NCBI GenBank assembly: GCA_950097015.1
Contig: CATNEN010000026.1
Span: forward strand, 1,178,001 to 1,242,000
Direction of reading: 5' to 3'
DNA from: Macrostomum hystrix
Taxonomy: Eukaryota; Animalia; Platyhelminthes
DNA length: 64,000 bases
Part shown: in pieces, positions 48,430 to 61,008 of the stretch
How positions within the stretch are numbered: position 1 is the first letter of the stretch
Layout of the letters: every line of letters begins with the position of its first letter
Made by a program: the position numbers and the translations under genes
The notes under the pieces: generated by a model
Database searches by the model: none
Told to the model about the DNA's origin: nothing
Seen by the model: only the letters and a program-made list of their open reading frames with translations

Positions 48430-49200
48430 GCTTCAGTAAAAAGTCGATCAATGTAGCGGGTCGACCGTTGGTGTCCGCGTATGCGGTCCTTGCGGAGTCC
48501 ACAGAAGCACGTCCTGCAGCAGCCGTAGGCGGTAGGCTTCAGCCCTGATCACGCCTACAGCCAGCCGCAGGCGACGCTGTCTCAGTAAGTCGGAAGGCAA
48601 GCTCGTTCGTACAAGGATTATTTTCCTGGACCAAACGCAGCACGAAGCAGGGCCGCTAGCGCCGCGTTGAGTTGCCCCTCGAGCGCCTCGAGACCTAGCG
48701 TCCAGGTTTCCTTTCCGCATTGCAAAGTAGAACGTTCTCATCGACCGAATAGCGCTGTCCATCAGAGCGTCTAAGACCAACACGGTCCGCACAGATAGAA
48801 TGGCGGCCAACCAGACTTACCAAGTCGTCGCCCACGTCCGGCACTAGTCCGCCAGGAGCGTCCGCTGTCGTCTCGAAGCATCGAAGAATCTCAGCTGGCA
48901 GATCATGCAGCACCATCATCACCTCGGTTTTCTACGCGTTTACTAAAAGACCGACCTTTTCTGCCGCCGTTGTCAGGCCGTCCAGCTGTCTTTGGGCGCC
49001 TTCGGCTATCGAAGACAGCAGTGCGAGGTCGTCTGCATAGTCGAGAGCGCAAAGCCTCTTCTTGGGGTGCCGCGGATGGCGGGCCAGTCCGGAGCACCCA
49101 GTCCATGCGTAAATTCAAACATAAGAGTAGAAACTTCATTGCCGAGCTAGGGCCTAAGATCGGACTTATCTTTCAAAAGCTTTACAGTACCACCCCATCG
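48430..49200 (-). mobile_element. Decayed RTE-like LINE reverse transcriptase fragment
   Basis: The minus strand reads LDYADDLALLSSIAEGAQRQLDGLTTAAEKVGLLVNA*KTEVM (YADD motif at ~49021-49045). Stops and frameshifts are present. Confidence 0.85.
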
Positions 49201-51509
49201 TTGATAAAAAAAGCAACGCCAAATGTTTAACGGGAGTGTGAAGCGGCCATCTTTGAATCCTTGAAAGGCAGTCATCCTGGCAGCACAGTAGTTGCCTGCA
49301 CTGCCTTGTCGAAAGCTTCGCTTCTAAGATAAATAAAGCCAGCAGTTCATCAAATCAATTACCTTCGGCATTCTTACCTCACCTAATTTGCTAGAAAATT
49401 CTCTGCCCTGCCCAACCCAGTACAGGCCATGTGGCTGACCATGACGAGTTTACAGAATGCCCCTGCAGTTTTGCTATCGCCCTGCGGTTCATTTGAAGGC
49501 TGCTATCGGAAAGCATTCTTCCCACGCAGAATTGGACCCGCTGCAAAGCCATTGTGTATTCCCGCAGCCTGGATAAATATTGGCTTGCTTAATAGCCAGC
49601 CAGTGGCAACGAAGGGCAAGAAATGGGCAAGACGTTCAGCGTTGCTGCATCAGCAACAGGTTCAGGCCTTCCTGCGTCCTGCAGTCTCTCTACCTTTTTG
49701 AGAAGTGAATGCAACAGCAGAGCGGGAACGGAAATCAGAAATCTGACTAGGATAAGGAAAAAAGAAAAGAAACAAATTAGAAAATGGGATCTTAACGTGG
49801 TTCTTTCCGCATTCTGGTGCGTAGTTAGCAAATTAAATTTTGGTAAGAATTTGAGACAAACTTCGCAGTTTATAATTCGGCTCTCAAAAAGCGAAACCGT
49901 AAAGGTTAGATTTGTCGACAGAATCTGGAACTTTTTCCCACTTATCATTAACTTTCAAGTCTATTTGTTGCATTATCAGAACTGTTGAATTGACACGCAC
50001 ACATCTGCTCAATCATTTTCATATGTGATAGAAGTTAGACATTAGATACGTATTTTCTACGCTCGTATAAAAGTTCTTCATCATCCCAGATTTCAAACGA
50101 CTGAAGCTGGATTCGCTAGCCCAGTCACTTGCGATCCAATGCCAGCCTCTCAAAAATAATTATTCGAAGCAAAATTTCAGGCGCTCCACTAGGGCCTTTC
50201 TTTGCCGGGCCAGTTCTCAGTGCTCAATCCATCGTGCGCGCTCCTTCACACGTTCCGGCCGGCCTCCAGTGCTCCATCTGCATTTAATTGCCTATAATGG
50301 TTGGGGAGAGAGAGCTTAGGTCTGCGGATTGAGCTGGGAGGGTCAATCCGAAAGCTATTCTTGATCCTGTATGCCTAAATCAGAGAGAGAGAGAAAAGGA
50401 ATGCGTTTTTTCCTGTTTACTGTCTACTTCTCCGATCCGCGCGTCCCGCGTCCGACCTTTTTTCCAATTAATTATGTTAGTCTCAGTAAATAACTGCTCC
50501 TATGGAATAGGCTTCTGACTAAAGCCGCTGCCCATGCTTATTGCATTTCCGGCTAGCAATAGGTTGCTCCAACTGGACTACCAGTACAGTCTGGCTAATA
50601 ATGGGTCCAATTAGTCTATAGCTACGAGTTTGGAATCTCTCCAGGTGTGCGACTTGCGATTCACCATTAACATTCATGCAAGATGTCCCATGGCAACTAA
50701 AGCAACCCAAGCTGTGCCTATCTGTACTCGGTGTTGTATGCACTGGAAAATTATCATTTTATTGCTGTTAACGAATTTCTATTAGTACAATCTCATCAAT
50801 AGGACCTTAGTGTGGAGGAGCAAGCTAGCTCAAACCGGACATTAGATGTACTTACGAGACTGCAATTTTAGCAGCCATTCGCAACTGATTTGGACTTCGA
50901 AATTCTATAAGTTACAGAAGATTTCGAATCGCAAAAAAGACAAGGCTGGTAACAACTAAAGTAAAAAAATTACCTTCACAAGTTGGACCAGATGTACAGG
51001 CAATAGCAACGCCGCTCTTATGGGGCAGCGGTTTAATTTTCTATTATATTTCTTTATACCTCATCTTGATTGACAGATTGACCGTCTTGGTCCAGCAGAT
51101 TCGCTAGTGAAGCTATTCAATTTACAATCTGCTAGAGTTCAAGTGACTGGAGAATTGCGTTTTTATAAGATCCGCGATTCCCACTGCAGGCTTTCTGTCT
51201 GTTTTCTGTCAGTAAGCAAACTTTGTTTACAGGCTCTGACCTCGAATGTTGAACTTCGCGCTCAGTTTTTTATTGAAGAGCTAACTGTCTGGCCTGTTTC
51301 CTAATCAATCAATGGTAAAACATTATTATTCCCGAATCTGATGTTGGACTCCTTGAACGGAAATCTTTCTAGACTTGATGGATTTATTCCACTTAAAGCT
51401 ACTACTTAAGCATAAAAACTCGGTAAAGCAACTGGCAATTATCTGATCGATTTCCTCATTTTTATTCAATAATCTGCAGAAATGCTGACTGATGCCCAAC
51501 GCAGCTAAA

Positions 51510-54500
51510 ATGAAGCTCATTCAGTCGTCGATTGCTTTCGGATTCATCATTAGCGGCTTGCTCTTTGGCTGTGGAAGAGCCGACAGAGTGTGAGTGAATC
51601 GAATCACTTTACAATGCGATCGAGGCTAAGTAATTAATTGAATTTGAAGTTTAGAACGTTCAGGGCCATTATTATCAGACCTCGGTTGCACTACAGGGTA
51701 ATTAGTGTTGAAGGTGAAGCTACTATTATTTTGTTCCTGTGTGTTCCAGCTTGCCATATAACGAGCACAATCATTCGGACCACATGGCAGCGGCTATGCA
51801 ACAGTCGCTGCGGGTGTAAGCTCGTAGATAGTTTTTACATTTTCATGGTGCTGCTTGGTTTTGTTTCTGCCTGTTGTCGTTCATATACTTAGCTAGTTTG
51901 CCGACTTACGCCTACTAACAGTAGTTGCGAGTAACGTTTGAGTCAATAAGGAGCATCAGTTTTAATTACGACTTGTGAAAGAGAGACCAACAAAACAAAT
52001 TAGATTGAATGAATAAAAAAATACTTATTTAATTGACTAATAAACTAATCAAAAAATGCTAGTCCATACCAGTTGGTTTTTGTGTACTTTTGTGGACAAA
52101 ATAATGTAAATGTGACTTAAAAAGCAACCAGCATACCATCTTACAGTGAGACTGCAAGCGCTTTGAAAAGTTATTTATTATTAATTTATGTTCATGCATT
52201 GCCAGCGCATGCTTAAGCTGAGGGCGCTTCTGTTGTCCGCCATCAGCGACTCACTCTTTTTTGTTGAAATTTATCTCGTCGCAGAGCTGCATAAATGGGT
52301 AGTATTTTATTTTTAATAGAAATTTACTCACATTCCTAACTAAATCATGTAAGTATAATCTGTCTGGTCTACCAAGCACAAATTTAGTTTCAATAATAAT
52401 TAAGTTAGACCACTTCAATGCCGCCTTAACAGAGAAAGACCACGGAGAATTTCAAATGCTCACAGTTTTCTTTTTTTCTTTTTTCTGTATCTCCCTAAAG
52501 TATTCAACCAATCGGCATGAAAATCCTGAACACGGGCTTAAATTTTCCGCTCTATCCGATGAAACAACTTCCAGAATCACAGAAATCGGCTGAGAAATTG
52601 TCTTCATGTAACCATTTCGGCTATCATTGTTGACTATATTGTTTTGATAATATTGTAAATTCTTTTATTATTGAAGCAATGTGGATTCGCCATATATAGT
52701 GGATTATACAGAGTAATGCTAGTTGTCCTTGTCACCAGGGTCTCCAATAAGAATCGCTGATTATCTCGACGATGCACACGTCGGACGGCTTTGAAAGTCA
52801 GTTCAGCGTATAGGGCGGAGAATGTTGATCCAAATCGTGTGTTTTCACGGAAATCGGTCATTCAGCTTGGGTGCTGTCGTGAAGTAGGCAGTAGGTATTT
52901 GAAATACACTGTGTTCTTTCTCCGGGGGTGAATAGCGTGGTTTTTCTACTGTTAAGGAAGACTGCAAGAGCATTTTTATAACAGTTTTTACCTTCACCAT
53001 TCGCTGTCATTTCAGGAAGAGCATCATTGACAAGCTTCTGGTGAACTACACAAGACAAAACAGTCCTCACGGCGGTGGGTAGGAAATTTGCAACCAAAAA
53101 CCAAACTCGAAAACGAACTCGTAACTTCATTATCTCCTGATTACAATCTGCAGACAAACCAACAACTGTTCACCTGGGAATTTACATCAACAGCTTCTAT
53201 TCTATCAGTGAACAGACTATGGTAGCATCTGATTTCACAATGTACTTTATTACATTCACGTTCCTGTCACAAACGAAAATATACTGCTCGGAAAAACTCC
53301 AGGACTATTCAGTGAACATCTACCTCAGACAGCAGTGGTACGACCCGAGGCTTCAGTTTAACAAGAGCGAAGGTCTGGATGCCAAGGACTGCGTCAAATT
53401 GGAAGACAAGATCTGGGAGAAGCTCTGGGTTCCCGATGTGTTTTTTAGGTTCATTACTCGTTTAAGAAATACATTTTTATGGTTAATAAAAAAAAATTTT
53501 TTAACCACGACTTTCCACCTTTTAGAAACGAGAAGAAGGCAGATTTTCATCACGTTACAATACCAAATCGGTTCATAAATCTTTACCCAGATGGAAAGCT
53601 GTGGTATGTGATGAAGTAAGTCTCTGGGTGGAAGGAACAAAGAGCAGAAAACTCAGGGTGGAGCGGACCGAACTTTTAGTCAAGTAATTGATCTGTCACT
53701 CTCACTCCCGCACCACCTCACTCCCGCACCAACCTCACTCCTCCACCCACCTCACTCAGCCACCCACCTCACTTCTCCACCCACCTCACTCGTCAACCCA
53801 CCTCACACCCCACCCACCTCACTCCTCAACCCACCTCACACCCCACCCACCTCAATCCTCAACCCACCTCACACCCCACCCACCTGACTCACGCACCAAC
53901 CATACTGCTGAATCCACCTCGAAACTTTACACTATTTTAGAACCAAACATTTTACGCAAATCTCTAGTTCAACAGCTGTTAAAAAGCATTTATTTTCTCG
54001 CAAAAAAAACTTGTAAAAAGGATTTCAGCGACTCTCTCCTGCATGATGCAACTCCAAAAGTACCCATTGGACACGCAGATCTGCCCAATGATGCTTGAAA
54101 GCTGTAAGTCCAAATTATTTGTCTGTATCCCAGTTTGTCGTCAAAACTTTCAAAACTTCGTAAAACATGCCCGAATGCGCCAGTTGGTCATACAATGCAC
54201 ACCGTCGTATTCAAATGGCTGCCGAACAAGTCAGTTGAAGCCACAGACGATCTAAGCATGCCGCAGTTCATACTGAAAGGCTATCCGACTAAGGAGTGTT
54301 CAAAGAACTATACCACTGGTAGCTATCCATGCCTTCAAGTGGACTTCATTCTGCAGAGAGATATTGGCTACTTCATCATTCAGGTGAGCGACTCAATTGA
54401 GAATAGGACAGTGTGAGGTGGGAACTTGACTGAAGTAACATCGAAATGGTTGGGTTAGATTTTTGCGCCTTTTTGAGACCGATCCCATGCCTGATCTCAA

Positions 54501-57002
54501 ACTGTTTCTCCTACTGGAACAGGTGTACGTCCCCACCATTCTGATTGTCATTCTCAGCTGGGTGGCCTTCTGGATCAACACTGAGGCCATTCCGGCACGC
54601 GTCAGTCTCGGCCTGCTGACAGGTTCGTGCGAATCGGAATGCATCTTTCAATCATTAAAGGTCTGAAAAATGTACAGTTATGACGCTATAGAAACATATT
54701 TTACAGTCCAGTATTGATATTAACTTTAATCTATATCCGGCGCGTCAATTGGTGGCCCACAGCCAGCGTGTTGGCAATTCGAAGTGCAGCGAAGGGCAGT
54801 AGAGGGACAAGGAACAGCAGCGCGAGACTGCCGACAATCGGCGGTATTGATCCACCTGTCCTTGTGCTTTGAGGCCACCACCCACTGGTTAATCCGAGTG
54901 TTAACGATGGCGGTAGGGGTGGAGACCGCAGGTACGGGGCCCGTCGAACCGGCCTTGGCGAGGCTGTCGGCCAATTCGTTACCGGGGTGGCCAGAGTGCC
55001 CTGGAATCTACCTTAGGGACACCTTGTTGTGGGTCCCTAAGCGGTTGAGTTGCGCGACGCAGTCGAGGACTGTGCACGAGTAGGTGTGCGTGCGTCCAAG
55101 TGCATGGATCGCCGCCTGGCTGTCCGAGAGGAGGACAATTTCGACACTGTGATCGTTTTGATTGATCAGTTCCAGGGCGCAGGAGCTGATGGCGAGAACT
55201 TCGTTCTGGAAAACGGTAGAGTTTATGCCGGTGTGCTCGGAGAAGAAGGTCGCCACAGTTTACCCTCCGGACATAATGCAGTAGCCGAAACCAGAGACCG
55301 AGTTGATTTGCGAACCGTCAGTGAAGCAGTGAATTTCACGGGGTTGGCCGTGGTCACGAACTTCCTGGCGAGGCGGAATGCTGGTTTCTAGTAGGGTTTT
55401 GAGAACCCTACTAGAAATTGTTTTGAGAACTCATTGTGTGATTGATTGAGGCTAACGTTTAGGGCCTTTTACCCCTACTACTATGCAGGGTAGAAGCCAA
55501 GTCGTAATAGCGTCGGACTCGCGACTTAAAGGTCGGGGGTTCGATTCTCGACTCACTGGAACAGTTTATGTTCTTTAGAAAAAAACTTAACTCTGGATTG
55601 CTTCAGTTAACTCAGCTGTAAAATGGGTGCCAGCATTAGCGGGGGTGGGTGTGGCATCCCCTCTGTCCATAGACTGTGGAGCTGTTCACAGCCTTCAGAT
55701 GCGCCGCAAAATAGCTGAGGCTGTGCTGACGGTTGCACATCTTACCCAATCGGGGCAGGTGAAATTAACTGTTAGTATTATTATTATTTTTTTATATTTA
55801 TGGCCATCTATTTAGTTATCTAATATCCAGATAAAAAAAACCAAAAACTAATCATGAACAAAGGAAAACCTATAAAATAACCTAGGAATGTATCTTCATC
55901 AACTAATAAAATTTCATTTTTTCTGCTTCAAAATTGGCAGTGCTCACAATGACGACTCAGTCATCAGGGGCTGGCCAGTCATTGCCCAGAGTCTCTTACA
56001 TCAAAGCCATAGACGTCTGGATGAGCGTCTGTCTGGTATTCGTGTTCGCTTCGCTGCTAGAATTTGCCGTCGTCAACGTCTACAGCCGGCATGACCCGAG
56101 CCCGGGACCAAAGCCCTCGCCCAGAGTTCGCAGCGATTCCACCTCGATTCCTCGACGTTCGCTGGTATCGAATTCGCCAGCACTGGTGGAGTCGGGCGCT
56201 GGTTTTGGAGCCGACTGTAGTGTGAGTTTGTGCTGCGACTGACTGTTGAAATCTGGGCAGGTTGCTTTCACAACGTCAAGACCAGAATCTTTCATGAAAC
56301 CTACTTCAAGGGCCCAAATTTTCACAACATGGAAAAAAAGCAATGCAGAAGATTTCAAAATACCGAAATTTCACAAGCCCTAAATTTCGCACTTCTAACC
56401 CTAAATATCATAACGTCAAAATTTTAGACGTCGCGAAATTTAGGACCTGTTAATTTTCAGTGAACGGCTTTTCGATGCAGTGACATTTAGCGTTTATTAA
56501 ACTGAGTGCTTATGAAGGTTTGTCTTGCGACGTTGTGAAATTTAGGGTTTGTGAAACGACACCCAGTTTAGAAACTAAATTAATTACTAATTAACCTTAT
56601 TTGAATACTATTCCGAATATTTTAAGCCCAATCGTATTCAGAGAGCAAAAACAACGGACAAGGCCGACCGCATAGAAATCAAACACCCGTTCATAAAAAC
56701 AGGAACATTTTTATTGCCCATTGGCCAGATAAAATTTGTAGGCCTTAGGGACTGGGAATAAAACAGAGTTATTCATCATAATATGAGTACGAGCTATTTT
56801 GAACCATCTCAAAGTAAACCTCTCGGACTTCCAGCGACTGCCGTCAATATGTCTGTCGACGGGCGCCGAGCTGCTGCCATCGCAGCCCGCAGCAATGAAC
56901 AATACGGCTCGAAAGATTGACAAGATATCAAGGAGACTTTTCCCGCTCACCTTCATCATTTTTAACGTTGTCTACTGGGTCATGTACGGAGTTGTGAAGT
57001 GA
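51510..57002 (+). CDS. Cys-loop ligand-gated anion channel subunit (GluCl/glycine receptor-like). Exons ~51510-51589, 51750-51815, 53016-53074, 53154-53221, 53303-53448, 53526-53615, 54021-54103, 54184-54383, 54523-54622, 55941-~56221, ~56815-57002
   Basis: Signal peptide [22 protein letters not shown]; [17 protein letters not shown]; [12 protein letters not shown]; Cys-loop [15 protein letters not shown]; M2 with PAR ([19 protein letters not shown]); M3 KAIDVW; M4 [10 protein letters not shown]. The 5' exons are less certain. Confidence 0.93.
53697..53900. repeat. Degenerate CCACCTCAC-type minisatellite in an intron
   Basis: Tandem low-complexity units. Confidence 0.85.
54736..55390 (-). 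mobile_element. Non-LTR retrotransposon RNase H domain fragment in the intron splitting the M2 region
   Basis: CFTDGSQ...[10 protein letters not shown]...[11 protein letters not shown]...[22 protein letters not shown] is a LINE-type RNase HI, with an in-frame stop at the conserved W. Confidence 0.85.
55485..55795 (+). mobile_element. SINE-like family A copy
   Basis: GGTCGGGGGTTCGATTC head plus the shared body and TTA tail. Confidence 0.75.
56251..56567. mobile_element. MITE-like element with imperfect inverted ends
   Basis: CTGGG..TTTCACAACGTCAAGAC pairs with GTCTTGCGACGTTGTGAAA..CCCAG; internal AAATTTC repeats. Confidence 0.5.
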
Positions 57003-57974
57003 CTCAGAAACTTAATAACTGACTCCTTGTAAACATGTAATGCGAAAGATGAATGACGACATTTTGAACCTGATTTTGCCTAGCTTTCAAAACTCATTGA
57101 AGTCTAGATTACACTAACACATAGCAATACGTACTTAATTAAGGCGGCTCACGTTAACAATATAAAAATCTATAAGCCATCGATCTTTTCATTCGAATTT
57201 TTTAGAGCAAAACAAAGGTAAACGTTTTATTTTTTGTTAGTACTCGTAACAATTTAGCTCAAAATACACAATAGCAGGTGTCAATAACATATTGACGCAT
57301 TCAAAACTCAATTTTTAACTTTGATGGGTTATTTAGTGGTTGTGGAAAATTTTGGTAAAAATTGATATAAAGTTACACACAAAAAAGTACTTTTTGTTAA
57401 ATTATAGTACTTTGCTAAAGAAAATATTTTCCAAACAACTTGCATCAGAACAATTGTTAATCGCTTTAACCTCAGGGTAATCAAGCCGTATCACAGACAT
57501 TGCCTTAATTTATTCCCTAAGTTGCAGTGATTTCCCTTTTTATCTTATGTCATTGAGCAGTTAACTTCTTCTGGTGTTTGAAACATAAAATTGTGAATTT
57601 TCACGGAAAATTTCATTTTAAAATTTACACGTGTGGTACTAAATCTATTCCAGCTTCAAGGTCCACTTCAATAAAAAGGGGACCTTATTTTAAACTTCTA
57701 TTTTAAATTTACTGCTCCCATATGGAATTTTCAATGCGTCGGTGTTTCGGTCTAAGGAAAGTTTCGCTAGCTAGCTTAGGATCTCTTAGCCATGCAAATT
57801 GATGGTCGAGAGTATGTTTACACTCGAGGTCGGATAATCTTGTTCAAAATGTTTGACTGAAAATTACACCTTAAATGAACTGTGTCTACGCACTCTATAT
57901 TACACTGAGGTTAAAGCGATCGATTCAATCAGCATTGCATGTATTGCTAAGAAGACTGTTTACGCGTATATGGA

Positions 57975-59585
57975 TCATTTCGCTCGCGAGATGGCGCGTT
58001 TCACAGCCGCCTCACCAGTGCTGGAACTGTCCAAGATTCGGGCCAGACAGCCGGCGCTCTGTCGTAGCTTGTGGCGCAGTACAAAAGTACCTTCGCCGCC
58101 ACTGTGCGTCAGGCTTCGCTGCATCGGCTGGTGCTGCACCGCTCTGATTGTCTGAGCAGCTCGTTGAGATTCGCTCAGATTCGGGTAGACTATTCGACTA
58201 AAGGGGTAGTGGCCGTGCACTGATGCCGCGGTGATCGCAGCTGCTCCATTTTTATCGCTGCTGCTTGTGTAGAAATGGCCAGTCAGGTCAGGGCTTGGAC
58301 CCAGGACTAGCAGAGGCTGTCAGGCAGGAGGGCAGGCAGAAGGTGAGCTTTAGTAAAATAAATCATTAGGACAGTTATTTACTATGCAGTGCCTAAGGCG
58401 GTTGGGCAGTGTCGTCTGCCCGCCAGCCAGTTATTATTATTGGCTCGGCCTTTGTCTCGCCCTCTCACCCTCCTCACCGGTCCCTGCTCTGTGTGCCCTG
58501 AGCCGCCAACTGATTGGCTGGACGCGGGCGTCCAGTTGAGTTGTCTGTCTGTTGCTTTTCCCCTCCCGCCAATCAGCTTTGCCCGTCCAACAAGCCAGCG
58601 CGTTCAACCCTACACTTCCCTGCATGCTGTTGGCTTGTCCTTGATGGTTTTTGCACCGCTTCCCTACCGTTCTGCACCGTACCGACTGGTAAGCGCTGCA
58701 TCAGTGTCTTTCTCCTTTCGGAGTGCCAGGCCCGTACTGTACGATCGTACTTAGGAGTACTGCGTGAGCGTCCTAACGCCTGGTTCAGTGTTTACCCGTA
58801 GTTCACTTAATGGTATTGTAGCCCGGGGATCCCGAACCGACCACAGGCACTTTAACTATTTAACTAATACTCACCTGTCCGACTGGTTCATGACTGGACC
58901 ACAGGTCGACGGCTCGACCCGGAGCTCTTCCACGTACTCTTCCGTAGTAACCTATGCCCGGCTGTGATTGGCGCAGCCTTGGCAGCAGTTGGTTAGCTTC
59001 CAACTGCACCCGGTTGGGAGACAGCTGCTGTTGCTGCTGCTTGCTGCTCCTCTTCATCAGCAAGTAGCTGCGCATGGGTGCCAGCTTCTGCTGTGATGGC
59101 CGCTGTGACGATTGAGAATTGGATTTTTCTGTTTCGGAAGACCTTTGGTTATCCGATGCAGTTTTATTCTGAGCTTTTTCTTCTGGAATTATAACATCTA
59201 CCTTCAACTGTTTCATATTTTCTTCCTCTGTGTGTTTCATTACACTTTCGTTTGAATTTTCCAGATCATCTTCGTCCGCTTTTTCATGAACGTCTCCCTC
59301 CAGACGTTCTTGGTCGTCGAAATCCGAACGTTCTTGATCGTCATCATCGAGACGTCCTTGGTCGTCGAAATCCGAACGTTCTTGATCGTCATCATCGAGA
59401 CGTCCTTGGTCATCATCTTCTGGATGCTCTTGGTCGTCGCTAACCAGATTTTCTTGATCGCCTTCTGTCTGTTGTTTTTCGTTTTTCTGCTCTTGTTGAT
59501 CGTAGCTCTCATAATCGGCTGCAGCTTGATAATACTCACCGGTCTGTTCGCTCGCACCTGCTTCTCGGTCTTTATTGATTGACAT
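57975..59585 (-). CDS. Uncharacterised protein with an acidic repeat N-terminus (exon 59585-~58875, exon from ~58781, probable last exon ~58265-57975)
   Basis: 241-aa ORF with D/E-rich DDQGRLDDDDQERSDF repeats. A CAG|GTGAGT donor and an in-frame acceptor continue as ALGRSRSTPKYDRTVRAWHS. Downstream exon structure is uncertain. Confidence 0.55.
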
Positions 59586-60124
59586 GTCTAATTCTCAGTC
59601 AGAATTGCTCAAGTCAGCTCTGCTGAAGGTCTTGTTTCAGACTAAGAACGGGTTTTTAGTTTAGACTTTAGTTTTTATACAACTCGCCAGCTAGCACGGG
59701 TGCTGCAGGTTGCTAGGGCTTGGGCCAGGTGTGCTGGGGTGGTCTTTGCTCCTTTCACTCTGTAAGCCTTGGCTATAAAGGCTTTTAATGACGAAGAGTA
59801 GGTTTCATCGTTGAGTTTTACAATATAGGGTCGCTGCACTGTCCATTTTCGGTCTCTTTATTAAACAATGTTTCTTTTGGACTTAGCACTGGCAACACAC
59901 CTAAGGTCTCACGCTGAGTGAGCTGACCCCGCGAGTCTTAGCATTTCATCCAACAAAACAGAGCGACTGGTCACCCCCTGCCGAGTGATTCTGTGGGTGT
60001 CATAGTCTCTGGACTCCGCTAGGGGAATGTTGAAGGGCCTCTTTTAGCTGCCATATTTCAACCATCTACTTCTATTGTGCTAGACTGCATGGTCTACACG
60101 ATGTCTAACTTATGCACTCTGTTG

Positions 60125-60665
60125 ACAGAACACAACAGAACACACCAGAACACAACAGTACACAACAGAACACAACAGAACACAACAGAACACAACAGAA
60201 CACAACAGAACACAACAGAACACAACAGAACACAACAGAACACACCAGAACACAACAGAACACAACAGAATACAACAGAACACACCAGAACACAACAGAA
60301 CACAACAGAACACAACAGAACACAACAGAACACAACAGAACACAACAGAACACAACAGAACACAACAGAACACAACAGAACACAACAGAACACACCAGAA
60401 CACAACAGTACACAACAGAACACAACAGAACACAACAGAACACAACAGAACACAACAGAACACAACAGAACACAACAGAACACAACAGAACACACCAGAA
60501 CACAACAGAACACAACAGAATACAACAGAACACACCAGAACACAACAGAACACAACAGAACACAACAGAACACAACAGAACACAACAGAACACAACAGAA
60601 CACAACAGAACACAACAGAACACAACAGAACACAACAGAACACAACAGAACACAACAGAACAGAA
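60125..60665. repeat. 10-bp minisatellite AACACAACAG
   Basis: More than 50 tandem units. Confidence 0.95.
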
Positions 60666-61008
60666 TAGATCAAAACAGAAAAGAACAGAAAAAATGGTAA
60701 TAAAGATCTTGTATAACTTAGCAAAGAAGCGTTTGAGAACGAGGTAGCTTGCAGGGGGAGTTATAAATTATCCCTCTTGCTCTACTTCTAGTACGAGTAG
60801 TTGAAACTGAGATATGCAAATATTAACTCACCGACAAGTGATGCAGATAATTTAGCATAAAATTTGCGTTTGTCCAATGATCGAAGCTCAGAGGGGTGGT
60901 GCATATTTGACTTTCCTATTCAAGCATTCGATTAAAAACAGCTTGAAATAAGCACTCAGCAGTGAGCTGCTCAATATCGTACCAGGAGAGACAGTCAGCT
61001 GAGGTACC

